Below, piece by piece: positions 46,967-54,468 of a stretch of 54,666 bases of DNA. The notes below the pieces were generated by a model. That model saw nothing but the letters and a program-made list of their open reading frames with translations. It was not told the origin of the DNA and did not search any database. Source of the DNA: a bacterium UBP6_UBA1196 (GTDB lineage: Bacteria; UBP6; UBA1177); assembly GCA_002310035.1 (NCBI GenBank), contig DBYC01000051.1, positions 1-54,666 on the forward strand, given 5' to 3'. The first letter of the stretch is position 1. Each line of letters opens with the position of its first letter. The translations under genes were made by a program, and so were the position numbers.

Positions 46967-47485
46967 TTAAAGTGGCAAATCAGCAAATGGGTACTTTTTT
47001 TGATAGGCTTCGAGTGTTCTGTTGATACTGCGTTTAACACCGTTAAGCGGATTCCAAACAGATTCTTCTGTCGCATTTATCGTTTCATCATAAAGAGCAT
47101 AGGCGATAGGCATGTTGTTGGATCCTATAAAAACAAAGAACAGCTTTAAATTGATTCGTCGTCCTTTTCGATCCATTTGTGCATCGAATTGCTTAAATAC
47201 TGTTCTGTAATCTTTCAAAAAGTCAACAGATGATTTTTCTATATCCTCTTTGCTTGATTTATAGCGGAGAACAAAACAATGAATCCTGTCATTCTGAAAG
47301 TAGCCCCCGACAAAACTATCCCCGTCAAAGTCTTCAGTAATTTGTTCCCCTGATACGCATTTTTCGTAAACATTGAAAGCATCTTTCTGGCTGTTTGAAT
47401 AAATATAAGGGAAATGAAGATTCTGTGCCCGAACAGCAGCAAAAACGAACAACACTGCCAAAACCGCCAGAAACTTCTTTAACAT
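46967..47485 (-). CDS. Secreted hypothetical protein (172 aa)
   Basis: The ATG at 47485 follows GGAGGG. Signal peptide MLKKFLAVLAVLFVFAAVRAQ. No known motif. Lies 81 nt downstream of mkoB with no copy of the island motif in between. Confidence 0.55.
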   Translation of the reverse strand: MLKKFLAVLAVLFVFAAVRAQNLHFPYIYSNSQKDAFNVYEKCVSGEQITEDFDGDSFVGGYFQNDRIHCFVLRYKSSKEDIEKSSVDFLKDYRTVFKQFDAQMDRKGRRINLKLFFVFIGSNNMPIAYALYDETINATEESVWNPLNGVKRSINRTLEAYQKKYPFADLPL

Positions 47486-47566
47486 TTTTCCCTCCATGAA
47501 AGTTTAGATCCGTGATCAACAAAATTCATGCAAGAATAGTTCAAATATGTGATTTGTAAAGGGATT

Positions 47567-48904
47567 TTAGTTGAATTTTGCGATCTGCTTTAAAATCTCA
47601 TCTTGGTTCATGTTGATCGTTGATGTTTCGCCCCTTGCGTCTTTCTCGTCACCGCCGCCGAAACTTAACCAGTTGAAACTTCCCATTATCATGAAATCAT
47701 CGTCGCAGATAACGATCTTGGAGTGGTCGTCAGTTTTTATCAGGCGGAAGTTGTCTTTGCCGAGCGAGTCAAAAAATTTCTGCGATTCTTTGTCGATACC
47801 GATTTTGTCAAACCTGTTTCGCGGTTTCATGCCGTACTTGACTGTAACGCGCACACCTCTTTTAACGGCATTTTCTATATACTCTTTATAGATTTGAAGT
47901 GTCCGCCAGTTGATCCACGGAGATTGGATGCAGATGCTTCTTTTTGCATTTTCAAGGACATAGATGAAGTGTTTTTTGTGTTCGTCAACCTCGATGGTTT
48001 TCCCGTCAGAAATGGAAATTTCCTCTACCGGCTGGATTTTTTCTTTAATGATTTCAGGAGTCGTCTCATTGAATTTCTCAATATTTTTTTCAAATATCTT
48101 CACGCTGTTCGGTGAAATATTTTCGTAGTCGAATTTCTGTTCGTTTAGAATACGGTCAAACAGTTGCGTAGCCTGGAAATCCTCTTCGTAATCTTTGTTG
48201 AGGACAAGGAATCTTTCATTTCTTTCTTCATCTTTATAGAACAAACAGATGTATCTGCGGAAGAACTTGCCGGGCGCAACTTCAAATATATCCGTTATAT
48301 CGTTGCCATCCTGCAGATTTTCTATAACGACCTGCCGGAGGGTCTTGTTGTCGGAAAATTCATCATCCAGATATTCCGTTCTCGGGCGCGATTTTACATA
48401 AGGTTTGAATTCTATGGCACCGTTTCTTGACTTTTGATCCAGTTTATTTGTGTCCTCCAAAACTGTTCCGAATATTCCGTCAAAATAAAGCCAGGCAGAA
48501 GCGTTTTCCGTGACCAGTTCCGTTTCTTTTTCCAAGATCTCCTTTCCTTCTTTGGAAAGTTTCAGTTCATCCTGCCTTATATCATTCTGCTTCAGATAAC
48601 CTTTTGTCGTGATGTCTGCCAGAATAGTGTCCAAGATCTCTTCGTCCAGTTGAGTGATTTCCTGCAGATATGAATAGGAATCATCGTCTTTGACAGTTTC
48701 AAGGAACTGTATGGTCTTCAACACGGATATAATCACCGGGTGTATCTTCCGTTCTTTTGTAACTGCATACATCACTTTTGTTCTGTATACCGGGTAGTCT
48801 ATTTCGCGGGCGTCATACATTGCAAAGCCTTCGTAATGGTCGCTGTATCTGTGGGTAAGCAGTTCAAGATCCAGCTTGATAGCGTTATTTTGCTTTTCAG
48901 TCAT
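47567..48904 (-). CDS. mkoB: PLD-family (single HKD) nuclease, Mokosh type I MkoB-like
   Basis: 445 aa. C-terminal ...TDDHSKIVICDDDFMIMGSFNW carries the HxK(x4)D motif (nt 47702-47725). Only one HKD, as in Nuc/Zucchini-type dimeric nucleases. 8-nt overlap with the upstream helicase gene. Confidence 0.75.
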   Translation of the reverse strand: MTEKQNNAIKLDLELLTHRYSDHYEGFAMYDAREIDYPVYRTKVMYAVTKERKIHPVIISVLKTIQFLETVKDDDSYSYLQEITQLDEEILDTILADITTKGYLKQNDIRQDELKLSKEGKEILEKETELVTENASAWLYFDGIFGTVLEDTNKLDQKSRNGAIEFKPYVKSRPRTEYLDDEFSDNKTLRQVVIENLQDGNDITDIFEVAPGKFFRRYICLFYKDEERNERFLVLNKDYEEDFQATQLFDRILNEQKFDYENISPNSVKIFEKNIEKFNETTPEIIKEKIQPVEEISISDGKTIEVDEHKKHFIYVLENAKRSICIQSPWINWRTLQIYKEYIENAVKRGVRVTVKYGMKPRNRFDKIGIDKESQKFFDSLGKDNFRLIKTDDHSKIVICDDDFMIMGSFNWLSFGGGDEKDARGETSTINMNQDEILKQIAKFN

Positions 48905-51900
48905 GTTTTCCTCCCAATTTGATCACTTCATAAGACTCTTTGTTTTGATTGATATATTCGATTATGCTTTTGAACGGATTGTCTTTGTCGGAGACTTGGG
49001 CTTGATAAAGAAAGTCCATGTCGCCCACGATGACCAGCAGTTTTTTTGCTCTCGACAGAGATACGTTGAGACGTTTTTCATCCGCGATGAAGTCTATCTT
49101 CGCTTTGCCTTTCAACTTTCCGGATCTTACGCAGTCATAGATGATAATGTCCCTGTCGCTTCCCTGGAAGCTGTCGACCGTTCCGATATCTATGCTGCAA
49201 TCTGCAAAATTTTTCTTCACGGCGAGTTTTTTGCGCAATGCCGCCGCCTGAGCCTTGTAGGGCGTAATTATTCCGATGTCGTAGTTAGTTCCGCAGTTTT
49301 TCATCTCCGTTTGGATCTGCCTTAATGTCCTCTCGATAACAGATGCATTGCAGCGGTTTATTTTTCCGGTTCCTTCCTGTTCGTCTTCCTTGTCGGACAG
49401 CATTCCGGTGTCGTACCAGACGACGCTTGATCTGAAGCTGAGAGAATGTTTCTTTTGAGCGTTTACGGCATCGGTTGTCTTCAGTTCGCCGTTGTAGAAG
49501 GGTATGTTGTACAGATTGCAAATGTCGCGTGCAGAGCGGTAGTTGTGGTTCAGGGTATGAAGCAGATTGGGCCTGTCTGCATTCTGAATACGCTCAAACA
49601 TCCGCTGGAAGAACGAAGTCTTGGCTTCATCCCTGTCTTTGATCTTTTCGAGCACATCGTCATCAATGACCGGAGCAAGCTGTTTGTGGTCACCGACAAG
49701 TATCAGCTTTCTCGCTTTTATGCACGGAACGAGCAGTTCGCTAAGAGTGGCTCTTCCGGCTTCGTCAACGATCACAGTGTCAAAAACGATCTCTCTGAAA
49801 CTTTTCCATGATGAAATACCGACCAAAGTGCCGAAGACGAGTCTGATGTTCTGCGTGAAAAGCGCAGCCAGTTCAGCTTCTTTGTTTTTTTCTCCGTTTT
49901 TGCTGCTGTTTCCCATTTGAGAAGTTATGTGCTGCAATTGTTCCCGGAAATCTTTCTGCAGTTCCTGCATCTTGCTTTGTATTATCCAGTTAGGGTGCGA
50001 TACGGGATTTCCGTCTATGTGCTTTATGTTTTCCTGAATCATTTTGTTCAGCACTCTGTGCGGCATGTAGTTTTGCGCTGTTTTGCTGATTTTGGTCTCA
50101 TCGTTCCCGATGCGGAGGATCTTGTCTTCAATGCCGCAGATCTTTTCAAGGACATTGTCTACAGCCTGATTGCTCTGGGATGCCACAAGTATTTTCTCAT
50201 GGGGCCGCGTTTTTAAAAGCTGGGTAACTATCTCGGTTATAGTCACGGTCTTTCCTGTTCCGGGAGGGCCCTGCAATACCATCAGTTCGCATTTGTCATC
50301 CAGAGACAAGGCTTTACGGACCGCAAGCTGCTGATTTTCGTCAAGGCTGGTGTTGTAGAACTTTTCTACATCGATCAGATCGTTTTTTATGAATTCCTGA
50401 GGCCGGTTTATCTTTCTAAGGAAGTTGTGAATGTATACGTTGCCGTTCTGCAGCTGATCAAGAGCAAAGTCTTTTTTGTTCCAGACGGCTTCTTCCGCCT
50501 GATAATCATAGCTCAGAAAGTATTCCGAACCCTTTTCCAGATAGAATCCTTTGTTTTGATCATCAGCACATTTTGCGACTTCGTATTTCCCCACTTTTAC
50601 AGTTACGGAAAAGCCCGATTCAGATCTCTCAACGACACCTTTCAGTGCATCGTCAGAATCCAAATCCTCCTGCAGGATGACGTTCTGTTTCTGCTTGAAA
50701 TCCTTTTCGGAACGGCTGTTTTCTGTTTCTGTCTCATTTTTTGCCGCATTTTCTTCAGCCTCATCTTTGTCTATTACATATTCCAATGTCAATGTGTCGT
50801 CGCCGCGGTTCAATTCCTTCAGGATCACCTTTCTGGTGTTCTTTTTTTCATCTATAGTCCTTTTTTCCGCTTTCAGCAGTTCCTCTTCAGTTGCAATGCT
50901 TTTGGAGTCAGTTTCATAACGCTCGTTTTCGCGTTTTTTCTGCTCGTACAGCTCTTTTAATTTCTCGATCACGCTTCCTGCATCATCGCAGTTCCAGTCC
51001 TGTTCGTTTGGGCCAAGTATTTTGAACATATCGTCTGTCGAAAGCCCGTATTTCTGCAGGAGTTCCGTTTTGGAAGGACTTTCGAGAATGCCAAAGCAGA
51101 AAAAATAATGACTGTTTTCTTTTGCAGAACAGCAGAATATCAGATCTCCGATAGCGATCTTTATTTCATCGCGGTCGCTTTTGTCTTTACCAAACTCCAA
51201 ATAAGCGTGGGAATCTTTGATTCTTTTCCTGATGTCATCTTTTTCGGCATACAGTTCGCAATCGTGGTTTTCCCTCCATTTCTCAAGCACGCGGCCGCCT
51301 ATTTGAATGCCGAAAGTCTTGTTGGGCATGATCTCTCTCAGCAAATCGTTAAGTTTTCTGCGGACATCAAGCAGTTTTATGCGTTCTTCAGGATTAGCGT
51401 TCAGCATTGCCTTTATGATCATGAGCAGTTCGGCATTCGTTTTATCAAGCTGCTCTTTATGTTCGGCAATACGCCCGTATATTTCTTCCAGAGAATCGAA
51501 ATCTTGGTAAGAGTCCGAGAATGTAGAGGAATCAAAATGCGACCCAAGCAAAAGGTCGAGCATACAAAGCCCGAGCGAGTATATGTCGCTTTCTTTGCGG
51601 CATTCGTTCTGAGCGATTTGTTCCGGAGCATAGAAGCGCTTGTCCGGTGAACTGCTCATCATTGCATAGATGTAGCATCTGCCGAAATCGAGCAGATAGG
51701 CATGATCCTCTCTGTCGATCAAGATATTCTTAGGATTGATATTGCCGTGATAAAAGCCTTTCTGGTGAATATATTCAACCGCATCGACAATCTGCTGGTA
51801 GCACTTTATGAGCGAAACATAGTTCGAACCGAACCAGTCAGGCTTCAATTCGGAATATCCTTCGTCGAAATTCCGGTCGACAAAATAGAAGTTTCTCTCA

Positions 51901-52094
51901 TCCTCTTCTATCTTAAGATTGCTGATGTTCTGGTGTGAAACCAGGTTGATGTTTTTCGCGATATTGGAGTATTTCCCGCTTGCCGTGCTCTTGGCCACGA
52001 TTTCTATGCGGTAATCGCAATCGTTGTATCGCGCGATTTTGAGAGATTTTGATTCTTCACTGATGACCTCGTATTTCCCTAAGATTTTAGTCAT
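48897..52094 (-). CDS. mkoA: Ser/Thr-kinase-like domain fused to an Upf1-like SF1 helicase (COG1112/AAA_11-AAA_12), Mokosh type I MkoA-like
   Basis: 1065 aa.
- N-terminus: ..YIHQKGFYHGNINPKNILI...LLDFG...FYAPE (kinase subdomains VIb/VII/VIII).
- C-terminus: GPPGTGKT (nt 50247-50270), VIVDEAG, LVGDHKQLAPV, NYRS, TPYKAQ, VDSFQGSDRDIIIY, RLNVSLSRAKKLLVIVG. Confidence 0.8.
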   Translation of the reverse strand: MTKILGKYEVISEESKSLKIARYNDCDYRIEIVAKSTASGKYSNIAKNINLVSHQNISNLKIEEDERNFYFVDRNFDEGYSELKPDWFGSNYVSLIKCYQQIVDAVEYIHQKGFYHGNINPKNILIDREDHAYLLDFGRCYIYAMMSSSPDKRFYAPEQIAQNECRKESDIYSLGLCMLDLLLGSHFDSSTFSDSYQDFDSLEEIYGRIAEHKEQLDKTNAELLMIIKAMLNANPEERIKLLDVRRKLNDLLREIMPNKTFGIQIGGRVLEKWRENHDCELYAEKDDIRKRIKDSHAYLEFGKDKSDRDEIKIAIGDLIFCCSAKENSHYFFCFGILESPSKTELLQKYGLSTDDMFKILGPNEQDWNCDDAGSVIEKLKELYEQKKRENERYETDSKSIATEEELLKAEKRTIDEKKNTRKVILKELNRGDDTLTLEYVIDKDEAEENAAKNETETENSRSEKDFKQKQNVILQEDLDSDDALKGVVERSESGFSVTVKVGKYEVAKCADDQNKGFYLEKGSEYFLSYDYQAEEAVWNKKDFALDQLQNGNVYIHNFLRKINRPQEFIKNDLIDVEKFYNTSLDENQQLAVRKALSLDDKCELMVLQGPPGTGKTVTITEIVTQLLKTRPHEKILVASQSNQAVDNVLEKICGIEDKILRIGNDETKISKTAQNYMPHRVLNKMIQENIKHIDGNPVSHPNWIIQSKMQELQKDFREQLQHITSQMGNSSKNGEKNKEAELAALFTQNIRLVFGTLVGISSWKSFREIVFDTVIVDEAGRATLSELLVPCIKARKLILVGDHKQLAPVIDDDVLEKIKDRDEAKTSFFQRMFERIQNADRPNLLHTLNHNYRSARDICNLYNIPFYNGELKTTDAVNAQKKHSLSFRSSVVWYDTGMLSDKEDEQEGTGKINRCNASVIERTLRQIQTEMKNCGTNYDIGIITPYKAQAAALRKKLAVKKNFADCSIDIGTVDSFQGSDRDIIIYDCVRSGKLKGKAKIDFIADEKRLNVSLSRAKKLLVIVGDMDFLYQAQVSDKDNPFKSIIEYINQNKESYEVIKLGGKHD

Positions 52095-52137
52095 TTTAAA
52101 CCCTCCATGTTACAATTGACCTTCAACTCACACCACC

Positions 52138-52167
52138 TATAAGCGTCGGAAAACTTCCGAGTTGACA
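52138..52167 (-). promoter_or_regulatory. Island motif copy c, 44 nt upstream of mkoA
   Basis: tataagcgtcggaaaacttccgagttgaca. Differs from copy d at only 2 of 30 positions. Confidence 0.6.
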
Positions 52168-52200
52168 AAAAATCTGCGCAAAAAGCTTAAAGCTGTTAAA

Positions 52201-53946
52201 TTATTGGTTATTTCTTACACATACAACTTTGAGTTTATAGTCGAGAATGTAGGGAAAATCGGCAGAATGCGCTCCTCCGAGATCGTATGCGTCAACAAGC
52301 ATCGTCATGTGACCGACTCTGGCGTTCAAGAAGTCAACGCTCCAGGCTTCTTTAGTGTTTTCCGGGTCGAGAGTTGACGACCAGAAAGCCTCTTTTGATT
52401 TGATTTTGCTGAATTTGGGATCGTTTATTTCTTCCAAGAGTTGTTTTCGGGTTTCTTCTTCGAGCTCGTAGTATTCCGTTTTTGCCGTCAGAGTGTTGAT
52501 TTTACCGCACCCGTTGCAGTCTTTGCTCCAGCATTTTTCATTAAGGCACTGTCTGTTTTCGCTGATTCTGCACCTGCCTCCCGCTTTGGTTTTGTCGCAG
52601 TTTTGAATGAGCGTGCGCAATTCATCGATGTTTGGCAGGCGCCAGTCGGAATGGTTGTTTTCCGCAAGGTTCGAGCAGTAATTTTGTGCTTCTTCCCATG
52701 TCATCGGATCGGCTGCAACGGATGACCACTTCAAAGATTTGGGATTCGGTAATGATTTCTCAGGTTTCCTTTTAGGTTTGACCTTGAAATCGTCATCTTT
52801 TCTGTCACGGACGCAGATCACATCTGTATCGTGGTTTATCACCGGCACATAAAGAGCGAGGTCGAGCACCGGACTGTATGTCCAGCCGAACCGGTCAGGT
52901 CTCGCATGAGAGCCGTCCCATATTGAGTTCGCCGTGAGAGCCCTTATCCCGTGAGTGCTTCTTGCAGCAAGGAAAAAACTTTCGTTCCCGTCTTTTTCCA
53001 GTTTTTTGGTATCTTTGTTCAGCGATCTCAATTCTTCAATCGTCGGCTGGCGCCAGTCGTCGAAGCCTCCTTCTCTTAAAAATTCGCAGTATGCATAGGC
53101 ATCATGCACCCCGAAAGTATCGTCCACGCAGTCACGATACAGGTATCCGCAGGGAATTTCCCGTTCTTCGTCTTCTTCACAGATCCAGCTTTCATCGCAA
53201 AGTTTTTTTGCTGCGGAGTACATAATGTGCCGCTCTGCAAGCAGCGTTGCTGTGTAATTTTTCTTTTTCGACATCGTGCTTTCAGACCACTGCAGTTTGT
53301 CAGGATCAAGTGCTTTTTCCATTTCAATTTTTTTCTCTGCGGCAAAGTCTTTCGGGGAAGATTCCCTGACGCATGCAACATTGCAGAGATCATACTTACA
53401 CGGACGGCACGGATGCCAGTCAGGATCGGCAAGGCAGCTTTTTCCGCTAACCATCCCGTAACCGTTAAACCAGTTCTGGTTATTTTCCTTTTCGTTAAAA
53501 GACCAGAAACAGCTGTCGTAAAGGTAGAATCCGTTGACATAAGTCCGCAATGTGTCCGTCTCTTTTTCTGTGTAGAATATGCCGCTTCCCTCCTTGAATC
53601 CTGAACAATCTTTCATTATTGATTTCAATTCCTCGGTTGTCGGCGCTCTCCAGTCGGAAAAACCGTCTTCGCGCAGCTCTTCGCAGTATTCTGCGATGGT
53701 GTCGTAATACATCGGTCCGGGAGAGGGCTGCGACCACATCAGATTCGGTTTGGCATCGGTTGTTACACTAGACTGCGTCTCGTGCCGTATGACTGGATCG
53801 GGATCATTTTCAGGTTGAATCAGAATTATACTTTCTGTAGTCGCCTGATTTGTTGATTCCTCTTTTTCTTCTTTTGAAGAACAACTGCAAAGCACAATAC
53901 AGAACACAATCACACAAAGGTGTAAAATCATTGAAAGATCTTTCAT
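52201..53946 (-). CDS. Lipoprotein with three DUF1566 (Lcl C-terminal-like) domains
   Basis: MKDLSMILHLCVIVFCIVLCSC lipobox. Three signatures: FSDWRAPTTEELKSI, FDDWRQPTIEELRSL, HSDWRLPNIDELRTL. Ends ...VVCVRN. Confidence 0.75.
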   Translation of the reverse strand: MKDLSMILHLCVIVFCIVLCSCSSKEEKEESTNQATTESIILIQPENDPDPVIRHETQSSVTTDAKPNLMWSQPSPGPMYYDTIAEYCEELREDGFSDWRAPTTEELKSIMKDCSGFKEGSGIFYTEKETDTLRTYVNGFYLYDSCFWSFNEKENNQNWFNGYGMVSGKSCLADPDWHPCRPCKYDLCNVACVRESSPKDFAAEKKIEMEKALDPDKLQWSESTMSKKKNYTATLLAERHIMYSAAKKLCDESWICEEDEEREIPCGYLYRDCVDDTFGVHDAYAYCEFLREGGFDDWRQPTIEELRSLNKDTKKLEKDGNESFFLAARSTHGIRALTANSIWDGSHARPDRFGWTYSPVLDLALYVPVINHDTDVICVRDRKDDDFKVKPKRKPEKSLPNPKSLKWSSVAADPMTWEEAQNYCSNLAENNHSDWRLPNIDELRTLIQNCDKTKAGGRCRISENRQCLNEKCWSKDCNGCGKINTLTAKTEYYELEEETRKQLLEEINDPKFSKIKSKEAFWSSTLDPENTKEAWSVDFLNARVGHMTMLVDAYDLGGAHSADFPYILDYKLKVVCVRNNQ

Positions 53947-53971
53947 TTCTCCTCCTGTTAGGGTCGTTGTG

Positions 53972-54265
53972 TTATGCAGCGCAAAGAAAGCGATATTCTT
54001 CGCGCCAGAGTTTCTTATATTCTAAAGCGATGATCTTGTTCCGCTTCTGATCGTAAGCCTGTTTTGAACAGCAGCCTTTCTTTGATTTCTGGCTTGTCAG
54101 GTGGAAGCAGCCGCACTCTTTGCAGAAATATTTTCTATGCGGAATCTTTTTTGCTCTGTTGCCGTGATGCTTCGCGCCGTTGATAGCGTTTCCCGCTTCT
54201 CTTTCTGTGTAACAGATCTTTCCCTCGCTTTCACATCTGATCTCTCTTTCGAACTCGTCTTTCAT
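53972..54265 (-). CDS. Small Cys-rich zinc-ribbon-like protein (97 aa)
   Basis: C-x7-C ... C-x2-C (RCESEGKIC...FCKECGCFHLT), basic. 25 nt upstream of the DUF1566 lipoprotein gene. A paralogue lies at the window end. Confidence 0.55.
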   Translation of the reverse strand: MKDEFEREIRCESEGKICYTEREAGNAINGAKHHGNRAKKIPHRKYFCKECGCFHLTSQKSKKGCCSKQAYDQKRNKIIALEYKKLWREEYRFLCAA

Positions 54266-54296
54266 CTTTCCCTCCTCTTGTTGTCAATCAAACTGC

Positions 54297-54440
54297 CTAC
54301 ACAACATATATAAGCGGTGGAAAACTTCCGAGTTGACAGAAAACTTTAACAAACTCCTCTTTTTCTTCTTTTGAAGCGCAACAGCAAAGCATACAGAGTG
54401 TTAAAACACAAAGGTACGAAATCATGAAAGATTTTTTCAT
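54297..54440 (-). pseudogene. Remnant of a DUF1566-type lipoprotein gene (signal peptide plus SKEEKEE only)
   Basis: MKKSFMISYLCVLTLCMLCCCASKEEKEE parallels MKDLSMILHLCVIVFCIVLCSCSSKEEKEE of the 581-aa protein. DNA homology stops near 54354, and the frame runs into motif copy d and a stop codon. Confidence 0.6.
54309..54338 (-). promoter_or_regulatory. Island motif copy d, 44 nt upstream of the zinc-ribbon gene
   Basis: tataagcggtggaaaacttccgagttgaca. Confidence 0.6.
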
Positions 54441-54468
54441 TTTGTTTCCTCCTGTTTGGGTTGTTATA

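Noticed and set aside
47239-47522. Short ORFs overlapping the 5' region of the secreted-protein gene, and the upstream ATG at 47497.
   Set aside because: The ATG at 47497 lies just upstream of the GGAGGG RBS that serves the ATG at 47485. The other frames have no support.
45325-54338. The perfect TTGACA at the end of each 30-nt island motif, read as a + strand -35 box.
   Set aside because: No consistent -10 hexamer follows at 16-18 nt on the + strand. The + strand downstream is antisense to the 3' end of the preceding gene in all four cases. The motif is better interpreted in the orientation of the minus-strand genes it precedes.
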